DNA from: Lingula anatina
Lineage: Eukaryota > Animalia > Brachiopoda
Length of the DNA stretch: 64,000 nucleotides
Reading direction: 5' to 3'
Assembly (NCBI GenBank): GCA_051362555.1
Contig: CM120641.1
Coordinates: forward strand, 29,208,401 to 29,272,400
The position numbers and the translations under genes are program-made. The notes under the pieces are model-generated. The model was not told where the DNA came from. It ran no database searches and worked only from the letters and a program-made list of their open reading frames with translations. Positions 13,030 through 29,000 of this stretch are shown here, piece after piece; position 1 is the stretch's first letter; each line of letters begins with the position of its first letter.

Positions 13030-16000
13030 TTATCTCTTCTTGGTGTCTGGTGTTGAATACACTGACACAAATGAGTCCGTACTGCCAGCAGCAAGTTTTA
13101 CCTGATATACAACACAGGATATTAAAAATATAATTGTAACTAGAAATAAGAAAAAATTATCAGAAAAACTATAGCATGGGATGCAAAACGATCTTCTTAA
13201 TGGGGAACAATCAAAACTGTGATATACATGTACATCAAAATTTTCCAGGAAACATTAAATTTGCCTTTTAGGGCATGATAAGCCATGACAATCATTATTA
13301 TGTACTGTTAGCCAGGGCAGTTAAAAACTCCAATCACACAAAAAAGTTGCTGTTCAGATTTAATGCAACAGTTGCTGTTCAGATTTAATGCAACAGTTCC
13401 TATCATTCAAGTCAGTGAAAAAATATCCCTAACTCCCTCTGTTTTCATTTAGATGCCCACTTCCTATTAAAAAAATATTCAATTAATATGCAAATGGCTA
13501 TAGTTGAGCCAGCATGAAGTATTTATTTTTAAAAATGTCTAAGTTCATTTGCAGCTGTCTCTATATAATCTTACCCTGTGAGGATGAAAAGCCATGCATG
13601 AAATGGGTCCTATCCTCTGCCCCATGAAGCCATCATGATATTTGATAGTACTGAGATTGTCGCCAGACTTGTTAAACACTGTGATATATTGGTTTACTGA
13701 GCCACTGAAATACCAACAACCAAGAAGTAGCATCATTGATTTGATCAGACACAACAGTACAGAAAACAAAAACTGAAATGCCAGTAGTGGGTTTGATATA
13801 AATTACCCTGGATAACATCATACTTCCACTGCATCAAACCTTCACTTCCTTTAAAATAATGTAAGAATAAGAATGAAACTTAATATCAGAAATTAAAAGA
13901 AAAAATGAAAAACTCAAAAATTCAAAAGCCATCATAAATCTATTAATATGCAACATGTCAAAAACAAACTAGAACAGTTAAGTCAATGTAATGAATAAAA
14001 TATGTATTTCAATAGCTTGCACTACAATATCAAGTATTACGCTCAATATGACACATTTTTCTATTTCAAACTCACCACGCTAACACATCTGCTACAGGAT
14101 GTACCTCCAGTGACGTCAAACCTTGCTGCATCTGTATTGTGTTCACAGATTCCGTGAACCTTGGATCCCAGAATCGCACGTCACCAGCTACGCTACTACT
14201 GATGATTTTTCCATCGGCACCTTTCTGAAGGAACACCTTGACCACCCACCCTGTGTGCTCCCGTAGTGTCATCACGCGGCTGCAAGTACAATTTATACAA
14301 TATCAAATCTTACCTTACCTTAGACCTTCCCACAGATGCCATGGGTCTATGTAGTTGTTCTAACTCTGTTGGGACTCACTGTGTGCAATCAGCTTCACTG
14401 AATGACACACCTCCTTTAGTTTCCAATGTACTCATATAACCACCAGTTTTTATGTACCTTACTCAATGCCAGGATGAGGTGTCATTCAGTTAAACTGATT
14501 GCATTCAGCAAGTCCCAGCAGAGTTGGATCGATCACATAGAATGATGCTGTCTCTGGGAATGGGGCCTTAGACTGCATATTCATACTAAATGACACTTGT
14601 GAGGTTTCTCTTTCCTTCTATCTGTAAAACATTGTTAGTTCCCCCTTTCCTTTTTTGTCTTAAAAAAAAAAAGAAACCTGATAAAATTAAATAACAAGGA
14701 AGCAAAGCTGTCAAATGTACAGACAAAAAACAGAAAATACAGATGCAAAATAGGTCATTTTGTCAATTTTGTCAATAATAAATAATGCTTATAATAACAC
14801 AGTCAGTTAACACTGATTATTAATCATGCACAACAGGTAACATGGTCAATAACAGGAGCAGATCCAGAGATATTTTCTGACAGTATTCCAAAGTATCTTT
14901 GTTGATCCATCCTCCACTTTTGATGGTCTTCCAACAGAAAAAAATTGATACCAGTCAATGTAAACTTTAAAATCTGACCGTCATCTGAAAGACCCAGAAG
15001 ACGGCCTCAATCCACCCCTGCAATAAGATTACAGCTTCTGGACCATGAGAGTTCAAATTCACATAATGAAAATCCCAATATTTGAAAAATGTTGACGGTG
15101 CATAAAATAATATTACATAATGTTTAAAGACATAAAAACCTATGCAACTGCTTATGTGGAAATACAGAAAATCTGAAGAGCTTCAGGTGGATGGGAGTTG
15201 AAAATGCCAGTGTTTAGAAAAAAAAAATTAAAAAGAAAACACAAAAAAAAACAAGACAGCACTGTTCTGACATGGGTTTATTTCCATTTTTAATACTTTT
15301 TTTTAACATAAAACAAAATAAACAGTTTACTGCAATTTTTATATGATCAACTAAGAAAATTGATGAGATGGAAAAAATATCAATAGAATAGTGTTAAATG
15401 TCCAATTTCCTCCATTCTGAGATTCTGAACATAGTGAATGATTGAATCTGACAAACTGCAATGATATGAGTTTATTTCCATTTTTGACACTTTATTACAC
15501 AATACATGATAACAAGTTTACCATCATTTTTACATAATCAACTAACAATGTTGTCAAGATGCAGGAAATGTCAAACAAACACATTTACGTATCTTATTAG
15601 TTCAATAATGAGACTGTTAACATGCCTAAGAATTGAATCTGAGGAAATGTGAAAAAACAGCATAACTTCTAAAATAATGGCCCGATTATGCTGATTTTCG
15701 AACTCAACCTGCGTTTTAGTAAGATTGACCACTCCTGTGAGTTTAATGACAATTGGCCCATCTGTTTTTCTTATATTGTGTTTACAGTGTTGCATATATG
15801 CTGAAAAATGAAAAAAACAGCATAACTACTAAAATAGTGGCCTGATCATGCCGATTTTCGAACTTGACCTGCGTTTTAGTAAGATAGATTACTCCTGTGA
15901 GTTTCATGACAACAGGCCTAACGGTTTTCCTTAAAATGTGTTTACAGGGTTGCATATATGCTGAAAAGTGAAAAAACAGCATAACTTCTACAATAATGGC

Positions 16001-19000
16001 CCGATCATGCTGATTTTCGAACTTGACCTGCGTTTTATGAATATTCATCAGCTCTGTAAATATAAAGCCAAAAAGTAAAACTGCCCTCCACTTATCGTGT
16101 TTACAAGGAAAGTGCACGGCGACGACAGACGCAGGTGATGGCAATATGTACAGACACATCTGTGTCTGTACATAAAAATGAAGATTAAATCTTACATTGG
16201 ATACTGGCAAAGGGTAAATGATATGAGCTCCAACTTAAATATAATATACTGATAAAATTCCTAAGTTGCCTTTGCAGTAAAAACTAGCTCATAGCAAGAA
16301 TGAGGAGCAAATTACCACATCTTGTAATACTTCTAAAGTTTATGGCAAAATATTTTAATTTACAATATTTCATGACAGCTTATTTGTACTGAAAATGTAC
16401 CATTCTGTAGGTGATAGCCTCCTGTCATAAAGCCTCACAGACCCATCTCCACATCCTGCAATGACTAGAGAACTTCTGGCACTATCACTTGCAAGGCTGG
16501 TAACACAGCTATCAGCACCAGTTGGGATATCCTTAAAGAAAAAGCAACTGTCTTAATGCCAATTTGTTTGAACACACTACTTGCCTCCAGATATGACAAC
16601 TACTTGTACCTTCATTATCAGCTTAATTATATCAAATTTAAGATTAACTGACACAAAGAAGATAATTCATAGTGATAAAATAATTGCAATTTGCTTCATG
16701 GAGATTTCTTGGAGATATGTACCTGTACTTTGAGCTCACTCTGTGTGTCCCATATCCTGATAATTCTGGCATCTCCAGAAGCCAGCAACTTCTCAGACTC
16801 CTGCTGCCAGTCCAGCACAAGACCAGAACCTGAAGACAAAAATAAATAAATAAATAAATAAAATTTTTAAAAAATAAATAAAAACATCTTCTACATGATT
16901 GGACAAAAGTGCAGCTCTGATCACTTCTTCGTATTCTGTTAGTGCGAGGTGAATGTCATTTTCAAAGTTACAGGCGCTTAATAAAACAGTTTATAAACCA
17001 TTTGAAAATGGCTAGTCATTAAGGATTCAGGGGCACTGCACGTAAATCAACAGAGGAAGTGATAACAGAAGGAATCTCTAACTTTAATGTACATCATCTT
17101 GAATCATCTGCTATATCTGCAGTATTAACCATATGCATGTAACTCAGTTTCATCAAACCACACATAAACAGATAAAAAATCTTCAGCCACAACACATCAT
17201 CTTAAGCAATCGACAAAATTTCTAACGTGATCTGGCATTTTCTAAATGTTCACAAAAAAACAGCAACGCCACCTGTAACAGTTCTAACTACAGAAAAGAT
17301 GCATCTAAAAAACAACAAACTATCACTTTTAACATCCACCTACACTACAAGAGAAATTGACACGAAATTGATTTCTATGTGGAAACATGGTAATTTTTGG
17401 CACTGTAACATAAATGATTTGTTTTTGATGGACAAATGTAAAATTCCTGTGACAGTAGTTTACTGGAAATGTCAGATGATCAAAACAGTGCCTAAAATTC
17501 ACTTTAAATGGCAGAGCTAATTATCATGCCAACTTTATAGCTATGCCTTGATCAATAGATAATGAGATCATTTTAAGCACAAGCACAGTTCAATAATTTA
17601 TATAATTCACATGCACAAATCAAAACTATTGGTTAACACTACAACTGCCATGCACCAGATAGTGGATTGAAAATTAAAAGAACACTCAAATCAAACATAG
17701 GTAAAATCTTGTTCACATCAGTTCTATGTTAGGTCATTTAAAATTAATCCAATTACCAAGTGACCTAACAGTCCTCTCTTTAAATATCCCTCTCCAAGTG
17801 GCTGCATTTTGAAATTATTACCCTCTCAATTGTTTTGTGTTGTGGAAGGCAATATAGGGGTTTCTCATTTTGTTTGGCTAGTGACCATACTCAAAACTTA
17901 AATTAAAACTGATGTTCACAAGGCTTGAGAAAATTGCATTTCTAATGTATGTTGCCTCAGTAGCTGCCCAGTCAAAAATTGACGTGGATATTTAATTTCA
18001 TTTTTAAATTTATATTTATATATAACTTTTTAATTGTTTGTTGTAAATGTCCACTTTAGATTCATCACTATATCAGAGATAACAATGAGCTACTAATCAA
18101 ATTCATGAGTTTTTTTTCCAAAGTGAATATTAAACCAACTGTATATATACCACAGTAGTCTAAGAGAGGGCTCGTTTGCAAAATTTCTACAGATTTTACA
18201 GCAAAGCAATTCATCCTGGCAAAGAATATGAAAAATATGGCAAAAAAGGTCGAAAACAAAAGATACAACAAACCTAAAGTTAGTTTTGACTGTAGGCTAA
18301 ATGGACAAAGACTAATGTTTAACTCAGAAGAACATGTAAATAAATAAAGTTACATCTAAGTGGAAGCAGCATGAACTAAATTTCTTGAAAAAAAAAAAAA
18401 AAAAAAAAACACGGTATCTAAACTAGCAATTCTGGCAAGTGTTTCCAAGACAACAACAACAACTAAAATGTGCCAAGAAGCTTTGTTTTACCAATTACGC
18501 CTAGTGGTAGAGCTGCAGAAGTTTTGCAAACATTCAGAGGTTCTTTTAGCTTGACTTTGTTCTTGTAAAAAGACATCCTAGAGATACCTCCAAAGCTTCT
18601 ACTTCTCTTTAAAGGCGAGGCCATTGCAAGCTCTGATACCAGACCTGAGACAATATACATTGGATAGATTTAATAACCACAGAATGATGTAATCATGACC
18701 TCAATTCAATCACATTGTAAATAAATCTCTTTTGGGTTTGTCACATGCATGCACGCAAGCACGCACGCACACACACTAATCCACCTTGCTTGGACACTGG
18801 ACTAAGAAGCACTCATAATTTTATTTTTTAACTTAGCTGTATCTAAAATTATTTTCTAATCACCTAACATCCGACTTTTGACTAAGAGCAAAAAATCTGA
18901 CCACAAATAAAGTAAATATTCTACTTTTGGGCCACATTTGTATAACTGAGCATGATAATGAGTATTATTTCTGCTTCATACAAGATATCTACCTTTGACT

Positions 19001-22000
19001 TGGGTGTACATAAAAATTTACAAACTCTACTCTTGCCATTATCAGCAAGGAATAAAAGCATATTCTTTTCTGAATAAAATAGTGCTCAACAGTTCAAATA
19101 CAAAGTTTCTAAATTAGCTGCACAATGCATACTGAAGACTACAGGCACTGCCAATGGGACATTTCATGCTAAATTCTATTATCTAAGACCACAAGTGCAA
19201 TACCATGCACACTACTTTGAAAAATTGCAAACAAAGCTCACCCATTCCATTACTACCAATTTAAATAAAAAGTGACTAGAAAAGTACAGTAAACTAGACC
19301 ATTTATCTCTACAGATAAAATTTTTAAAAAACCACTTATCAAAAGATAAGCAAAAATGTTCATTAGCTTGGTAGTTAGATCATAAATAAAAATGATCCAA
19401 CACAAGCTAAAAAAGTCTGATGAAGGCCTATGTCCAGGTTGGCCATATGTTAACAGTATGAATTTTTTTTTTTTTTTTTTTTTGTCTTGTGTTTGATAAT
19501 TTTCATTTATTATCAAAAGAAAGTTTAATTCACAGATAGAAATTCTACAATAATACTGGGCATACATATCAGTACCTCTAGTTGAGGGCAGCATGTCAGA
19601 TAATGCCTGCCATGCTGTGACCATCTCCTGAGTTCCTTCTTCCAATTCTCCACTGTAGTTACGCCACAGTCTCACAGCACCATCATCTGAAAACAATTCA
19701 ATCTCATAAATAGGCAAAACTCGAAACAATCATGATTTGTTGTTTGGCAGCATAAATACAGGTTTAAATAAATAAAAAAACTTTTAATATCTTTTATTTG
19801 CATGTCTCATTTTTTAAAAAGGCAAAATATTTTACCTGATCCCATTAACAGCAGAGCTTTGTCATGGCCATTGACAAAATCCATGGAGGTGATTCTGCTG
19901 TGTTTAGGGTTTGTGTTAAAAAAGTAGTTGAGCCTAGTGCCTTGCTCCCATTCCCAAATGCTGAAAATTAATTTTTTCTCAATACATCATTCATGTTTTC
20001 ATACTTGAGAAAAATTAATACCGGCGTCACAAACAATTCCTTCGATACTACTTGAACACTCTATATGCATATTTGGATTATACATACATCAGACTATATA
20101 ATTGCAAATGATTATCTACTTTGCCTAATGATATTCAAAATATCTGAACTATTCCCCCCAACCTTCTTGCTTGGCCCACTCACCTGACACCTTCCTTGTC
20201 TGCCACAGCCAAGTGGGGTTCATAAGGGTGGAATTTTATCACAGAAGGACTGCCAAGGTTTTTGTTAATAAACACTTGATCATCTACACGATTAAAACCT
20301 GAAAATAAAACAAAAACTAACAGCATTAAGGATATGAGGAGAATATGAAAAGGACAACACATTGATTCATAAAGATAACAATCCACAGTTCAAATGCATG
20401 GTTTATCAACTTGGTAAAATATAAAGTACAATACCTTCTTCTGACAGGAAGGGAGCTACTTTGCACTCATATTAAAAAAAAAAAACTAAGAAGGAATAAT
20501 ATCCCTTCTTTGCTTGCACCACATTGAATATACATAGATGAACATACTATGACAGTCAGATACTAACTTGTACAAGCTTCTACTGTACACATTTGACAAA
20601 TTTCCTATGTAAGCACCCAGTTGAGAACCCACCTCCCTATCTTTACACTGTATTTACTTTATACCTTGCACAAAGTTACTCCAGAAAAAAATATCATGCA
20701 TGGGACAGATAGTAGGTGATGAACAGAACTTAGGTCAGAAAGAAGTGAAGCACCCAGGAGGCGATTTCCGTAACAAACCTGCTCTTTCCTGCTCCTCTCT
20801 GGCCTCTCTCCTGATGCAGCCATTCCTCATGTAGCGATACTCTCGTTCTAAATAAGACTCGCTATCGGCCTCAGTTTCATCCCCAGCTTTCATGATTGGC
20901 TGAGCAAATCTTTTGCAGCACCAGTCAAAGAACTCTGTAGAAACTATCTGCTCTTTGGTTGGAGAGTTCCCAGAGGTAGGACTTGTTACTTCTTCATCCG
21001 ATTCTTCCACCTGTTGATATCAATTTTTACCATTAAAACAAGTATATGCATTGATAAGGAATGAAGCAGTATTCTAAAGACAGCATAATCAGCAATGAAA
21101 ATAAAATTGTTATGTTTTAAAATGATCAAATGTGGAGAAAGTAAATTATTGCATAGTTCTGGCATTCTCAAAACCCCAGCCTATACTTACAATTGGACCT
21201 TTGTCAAACAGTTTTCTGGTTCTGGAGTACTGAGCAGAGTACTGGTACTGCTGCCCCAGGGTCAAGGCCCCAGGACTCCTAGGGTCTCCACCCCCTCTCA
21301 TATTGATTGGCGGGCTAGCACCAGTCTGAAATCCTTTCACAGGTGAGTTCTCAGTGCTGAGGACAAAGCAGAACAAATCCTTATCAGTTAAAAGGAAAAT
21401 AAATTAAGTTGCTTATTAATACTTTCTACTTTCAAAATGTTGTGATTCATTCCATAAAATTTGCCAATTTTTATTTCAAAACAAAATCAATCATTCTGAT
21501 AAGTGCCCATCCAGGTGAAGATGTTTCTTTGTATGGAAATGATTGTTTATTTACTTTGTAGTCATGTGGGCTGATGCCTTCCCAGATGGACTGGAGGGGG
21601 CCGAGTGGCTGGCCTGATGCTTGCCATTACTGGGGCCTACAGGGCGAGGACGTGCACCTATGGTAGCCTGGAAGGAATAATTAACATCTTTACTCTATAA
21701 TGAACATCAGAGAGGAATGAAGGGAAAAAAAATCACATTATTTTTAAAAGAAGCTGGCAGTCATATTTTAATAAATGGCACACTATGGGACAGTTAGGAT
21801 TATTAATGTCTACTGCAGTCTGTATTACACTGATTGATGTGCAGCAATTTTGCCGACAAATAATGCATAGTACTGTAGCAACATAACCACTGCCAAGACA
21901 CGACTTGAATTCTCACTTTTAAATTCTAAATTCAAGGTGGAGTCCGCTTCAACTGAATCAGTGCTTGGACTTATTTTCCTACTCATTTCTGACCCATTCC

Positions 22001-25000
22001 TCCCACAATCCCCATACCTTTGTATTAATGGCATCAACCACAGTTTTGGCCAGGTCGGCCACCTCCTTAAACGGGTCCATGGAAAGCTGGAGCAGACATT
22101 TCCAGATGTTACCGTACACATTCCCATGCCCTGACACTATGGAGCTGATGTTGGTGTTGGAACTGGTCCTTCTCAGGCGGTCCATTCCCAGACTGTCCAG
22201 GTTGCCAGAGCTCTCAAAGCTGCTGCTGGGACTGCTGTTGTAGCTCATGATGGGACTCACAGCTGGGCAAGTGAGACAAATGTCTAATTGAGATAATCTA
22301 CGGTGAGGCTACCTTATATATAATACTTTAAAGCTTTGAAGCAATCTATTTGAGCACAACTGTGAATGGATTCATTCTAGTGTCTGCTCAAAAGTTAACA
22401 TTTTAGAGTGGTTGTTATGTTAATTTGTTAAAGTCTCCAATTCACTCATTTCAAATTACTAGAATGCTAACTATATAATATCACTGCTAAGAGCATCAAT
22501 GCTTTCTATAAGTGAGGACACTGTACAAATTAAAGCACTGCAAACTACTGTAACTAAAATTAGCAGAAGCAGACTTTTCTTTCATGAATCTTTTTTCAAG
22601 CACATCAGCTCCATAGAGATATAAATGGATTTGCTTTTTCCCCTTTAGCAAAGGTCTTTAGCCACCACGTTAGTCACTAAATAAGTGGACAAAAAAAAAA
22701 TACGCAGATATAAATTTGAAGGAATCTGAGTCAAATGGACGTGAATATAGCAGACAAAATATTCTTGAAAATTTCAGCAAAGAAAAATATCATAAAAAGG
22801 TATATTTTCTTTTGTTCATGATATTTGTGGAAAAACATGAAGAAAGAAAATGGCAATTGAACCTCTGATCTTAATAAAAGAGAATTACAAAAAAACTTGT
22901 GAAACTAATGAAATAATGAAAATGTCCATCTTTAATACGGAAATAAGAAAAGATGAGTAATGATAATTCCAATGCATTCCTTCCTACACCACTACAAACA
23001 TTCTCAAAGACAACACTGGGGAAATAAGACCAAACAAACAACAGTAACAGCAGTCAGAGTGGTTAGCAAAATACTGTACCCTAAACCAGCCCACAAATAA
23101 TAAAGCAGCCACTGACAGTTAAACAGGTTGACATTTAACCAGGGTTAGAACTCGATATATCCAACAATCATTGAAGTCTATAACCATCCAAGGGCTGCTT
23201 AACATTTAAACCTAAAGTCTACACATTACCTTTATTCATTCACATTAAAAATTACAAGAAAATGGTCAAAACCATACTTTCAATGATTGTTGTTGGATAC
23301 ATGTCATAAACGTGTCCAAAGCATTCACATATTGATATTTATCTAAACTATTACTCAACTGGTGCTGAAGAGACATCACAGAGACAGATAAAAGTAGTGT
23401 CACTGTGTTAACATTACTGACTTGGCAGCCAAATATCATAATCCATAAAGTCAAAGCTCTTCAAAATTTTAGGAAATGAAATTTTGTCAGTTTTTTTATT
23501 ACAGTTTTCATTTTGTTTTGGATAATATTTTTGGATAATAATCAATATGTATAAGGTTTATATGTCTGACTCATTGAATATAAAAAGATATACAAGATAC
23601 AAAAAGGCGGATGTGGATGTTTTGATTAATGCAATGAAGATAAAAAAATTCAGAGGTTTATAGCCTGTGGATAAAGCCAAACAGAACCTAAACAAAAAGG
23701 AAATATATGAATATATGAACCAACTGAACTATGAATAACTTAATGCCAACCCATCACCAGCAATTAGGATCATATTAGCTTCTGTATCACATATCTCAGA
23801 GGTTGACCTGATACTTCTGTTCATATATTTAGGCATATTCATATGGACATTATATCTGTCTGAGTTCAATGTCATTTGTCTTAAATGACGTACACTTACA
23901 CCTTAGCAGCAAGTCCCTGCACCTCATTCAGACTCTGGTGGAGACAACTGAGGCTGAGAAAGAAATGGGTCTCAGTAACAGCAGCTCTTAAGGTTGAAAA
24001 ACACTTTTCAGAACCAACTATTCGGGTACAGACTTAGAGCTTACTTTGGTCAGTTGCAAACAATGCAAGCAAACCATTTGAAAAGAAAAATATGGATTCA
24101 GAAGCAATATGATTCTATCTTTTCTACCAACTCATATGCACCATAGCCACATGCATATAATATTACCCAGTTTTTTCAAGTTGCCTGCAGAGCCAGAATG
24201 CCTTAGACCTGGAGCAGGGGCTGGGTTAACACTATAGAAACCTACATGTAAAACTAGGAGAGTCAACACAGGTTTTTAACTACCAAAATGCTCTAAGGTT
24301 TTAAAAAATACATTAAACCTTTGGCAAAAACTAGAAATTTTGCAAGTGCACATTCTTTATTTCTAATTAACAAAAAGAAAATTGGTTTCACCAGAGAAGT
24401 ATGAAGGCAAAAAAGGTCCCCTTTCTTACAGAGGGAAAGGGAGATGTTGGTAAATATTTGATAACTCTCCAAATAGAATGCAAATGTGAAAGACAGAACA
24501 GAAAGCTCAGTGCTTAAGAAAATTTTAACTTTTAACCACACATATAATTTTCCATTTTCACCCATGCCATTAATGTAACATTAAATTAAGAGAAAATAAT
24601 TTATTCAGATATTGACATTATACACATTAATACCCATTAGTGTATAAGAACCAGCATTTCAGGACTTTTTAAAACAAGTGTTTTGCAAAGTTGTCATAAT
24701 ATTATACTTCTTGAAACATTATTCTTATAAAACCTCAAAAAATTGGAAAAACTAACTGAATTTTACAATTTTGACACATTCATTTTACCTGTACTATGTA
24801 ACCCCAGGGGATGGTTCCCGACATTCCACCCCCCTGGGGCTGCAGACACTGTGGCATAATGTTGCTGGTCTCGCTGTCTTTCCTCTTCTATGAACTGGTA
24901 GGCCACAGCAGAAAACTGGGTCTCAAACTGCTGGACCAGTCCACCTAGTGCCACTACCAACTCCTACAAGTGATATACATTTATCAATGTATTTCTAATC

Positions 25001-25972
25001 AATATCTAAACCAAAAAGGCTGGTAAGATCACTGGGTAAGAGGAGCAGAGAAAACTTAAAAAGTTCTTCTTTACACATTTACCTTTTCCTTGCAATGGAG
25101 AATGATTTCAAACATATCAAAAACTGTATCTTCAGCTATGGTAAAAAATTTAAAACAACATAATTTTTCAAACTCTATCACGGTGATTGATCTTTTGAAA
25201 AATTAGTTATTTGTCTGAAGATTATAAAATAATATCAATGTCACACCAGAATGAGATCCGTACCTTTCTGACCAGTGGGCTTCCATCTTGTACAATGGTA
25301 AGAAGCATCATCCCGACATTGTGATCCACATTGTTAGCGTGGTCTGTCCTCTCATGGGTGCTGGTGATAAAAGTGCCCAGTGCATAGACCGTGGAAGCCC
25401 GTACCTGATAAGAATCAGAGCACTATCACTAGGAGGCTTTCATCAGTCTCGCATGCAAAAACTGTCAAAGCTTAACACATACCTTGACTTTTAACATGTG
25501 TTATATCAAGTGAAAAAAGCACTGGCTAGTTGACCATGTGCGTGCTGAGTGAACTACAGTAAGAGTGCATGTTTTCACTAGTACATCATATTCATCTAGG
25601 TCCACAACATCTAAATATCTACCTTAACCTACAGAGATAAAACTGTCATTTAGTGGGAAAAAAATGGCCCGAGGTCCAGGGGGCACCTAGGCCAATAATC
25701 ATTTTGGGTCCCAAAAAGTCATAGATCTGCCGGTAGTCAGAAAATATCATCCCTAATTTTATGGGTTAAAAAGGTACCCAAGATTTTGTTTACAAATAGA
25801 CACAACATGTGTTTTTATCCACCATTCTACCACAATAAGTGCCCTCCCTCTGTCTGGCCTGCACTACACTGTCCTCACCTCTGGGGTTTTGTCATTCAGT
25901 AAAGTGTACAGTTTTTCATGGGCACTGTCCCTCACTCCGCACCACCTGGCTGCACTGAAGTTGGTCCAGATC

Positions 25973-26009
<37 letters not shown>

Positions 26010-29000
26010 TACAACAAACACACTGATGTTCTGACTATAAATCTGTAACTGTGTCAGTGACATTTAAAATATTAACAAAGAAATGCTCAGTTTAAAAATG
26101 TCATCTTTTATATTTAAAATACATAACACCAGAAATACTAAATATAATATATTTGCTTTTTTTTTTCCTATCTGTGCCTAGTCATAGCCCACCTTGCCCA
26201 GGCACAGTGCCAGCCATTGTCTTAGCTGTGCATTGGAACTGTCCAGCTGTTCCAGGCAGATAGAGATCAAATTCCCCTGCATAGCGGCTTCCTGCAAGTG
26301 GAAAAGCTTCCATGATAATGAATCAAGAATAATTTGTGAAGAATCAAAACAAGACAAATGACACAACAGACTAGATACTAAAAGCCAAGGTGTAGTAACA
26401 ATGTTATTGAATTAATGATCAAATACACTACCATGGCCGTTATCAGCATAGTGTATATGCATACTGACATAACAACATAACATATTATTTTATTATTCTA
26501 GCTGTACACCGTGTTGTTTTACCTGGCCAGGCTGGTACTTGTTCACTATCATTGCCAGGACAAATGCTGCCATGGTTCGATGTTCTGCCTTAAATTTACA
26601 AAAACTTCATTACTTTGTCAGTCTGACTCTAAGCCAAAAACTTTTCACCTGGCTCCTTGGGATGCCAGATGACAAAGTAGAAACTTGGCTAGTAACTGAT
26701 TAAATTTTAAAAATTTCATTGCGGCATGGGGCCAATGCTAACATCACAGACCTCTGGGTATCAATAAAATTCTATCATCATAGTTCATACATATTTCAAT
26801 TATCTACGAACCATATTTCATTGATAGTCTGTCTCCATTTGAAAGCAAAAAATCCAATATACAAAAAGAATTACATCGAGACGGGCACAAATTTCTTGCA
26901 TTCAAATCCCCTTTTCTATCCTGTAAATATCATATAATGCATACAGAGGTTGCAATATGTAAACAATTTGAAATAAGTCTTTGATCTCTTAACATAAGTT
27001 ACCACCACGTTCATACATCTTAAATTCTACATAAATTTGTAAACATTAACTGCATACATATATCAATAAGATAATTAACTTTAAAAGAAAATCTCCAAGC
27101 ATTTACATATTAAGCATCTGCATGTGCAAGCCCATTTGCAGGACTAAGTACTTACTGGCATGTAAGGATCTGCTAGAACTGACAAGAAATATTTGTGGCC
27201 ATTATCCTTTACAAGGTCTGCTTGACAAGACTGGAAAAAAAAGATGACAAAGACACTAGTTGCATGATTGACCAGTATAAAGTTGTCTTTTTTTCTTATA
27301 AATCTTATCTTTATTGTCACAGCCGTCTGTTATTGTAGCAGGTTATAAATGTACATATTAATTTCATTGTGTTCATTCTTTGTCATATTCTACTGACTAA
27401 GGACTCCAATGATCACCTTGTCCACAGCTAATATCTTGGCCCATATGAACACTAACAGTGGCCTCAGCTCCCTGGCTGAGCTCTGCAGTAGTTTCAGCAC
27501 ATACGGAAATATACCAACTGACAAGGCCTGGAAAGGAACACTTGAAATTATATGTATAATCAACCATTTTGATCACAGCCCTACTGAGTAAACATACTGA
27601 AAATATACAGATATACAGAATAAATCTAAAGTGATTCATTAACAACAAATGGTTGAAGATAAAAGAAAAAATGTCTTTGCAAGTACAAGATACTATTTTA
27701 CATACCATTTGTTAGGTAATGATGGGTGTTTGTAAAATTTGCCATATATTAAATGGAAACTTAGTGACTGAACTCTTTCACATAACATTATTAGTTTTTA
27801 AAGGTTTTCACGAAACCTGCCCTGGTTCAATGGTTACTGACTCATTACTTGCACATTTCAATATAAGCAGGTCCACTTACAAGACTGACTGCCCAGGAAC
27901 CCAGGTCCAGAAACCTTCCCAAGAGATCCAGAGCTCGTAGTCTATGGACTTGACTCAGTAATACCTAGTAGAAAAATAACATAAATTATGTTTCAAATAA
28001 ATAAACATTTCAAATTCTATTATAAAAGCTAATAAAGGAATAAGGTTCTGTTTTGCTTATTATCACAAGAACTGTCAACTATACTGTTCTCAAAGTAACT
28101 AAAATCTTTTTTCTTTTCGAATTATGAAGTTATCAAAGTAAACAAAATCAATTGCTAATTAGTTTTTCAATTAGTGATTCTTTAAGTAACTGAGAACCTT
28201 AGGTTTTCAACATCTTATCATCAAGGACAAAGTAAGCCTACAAGCTACAGGATTCAAAAGTACTCCGTCTTGTAAATACCTATGACGATGACCAAATAAG
28301 ACGTACTGTAACATTTTATATCTATAAAGTTTATGTTTAAAATGTTTTATTAATATTCGAGTGTATCAGTGTACAACACAAGACCTTATGGCTGTATTCC
28401 CAGAGCTTTTAGATCGATCTATCCCCGCGGGGAGTCTCACTAGATTAATGTCAGATAATCCGGCTTAAATGTCCGTACCGGCTACTACAAGCTGTAAGGG
28501 GGTAATTAACTTTTGTGTCCGCCCGGCTGACAGCTATTTAGCGTGAACCCCCAGGGAGTTAAGTCGATCTAAAGTAGATCGATCTAATCTCTGGAAATGG
28601 GGTCTATGAGCTCAGCTGAAGACCTCTAGGCTTACCTGAAGCACAATGGGAAGTTGTTCAGGTGGACTCCTCAGCTCTGAACCATATGACAGCCACACCT
28701 GAAATGCTGTGAGCTGCTCCGCAAAGAATGGACTGTGCTGAAATGTGCTGCTTTCATCCAAAATCCCCGTCAGTTGTGACAGACACAAGTCTAGGGCCAG
28801 ATCCCATGCTTGCCTTGATGGGAAAAAATAGTCTTAGATGTGGATACAGGAGCAAATATTGAATTGTCATCATGTTGAACTTCACATCACTAAGGAAGTA
28901 CATTTCAGTAACAAGAGAAGCAAAATAGTCTGACAACCTTCATATTTCATATTCAAATGTATTCATATTATATCTACGACTTAATTATATTATAATCACA

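Noticed and set aside
15571-16210. ORFs in family A arrays (also 7364-7670 and 56234-58085)
   Set aside because: Translations of non-coding tandem repeats; frames are not preserved between copies.
23895-23960. Possible extra RPTOR exon (ctcag acceptor, gtaagt donor)
   Set aside because: The required phase-1 frame hits TGA, and exon 19 already splices in phase to exon 20.
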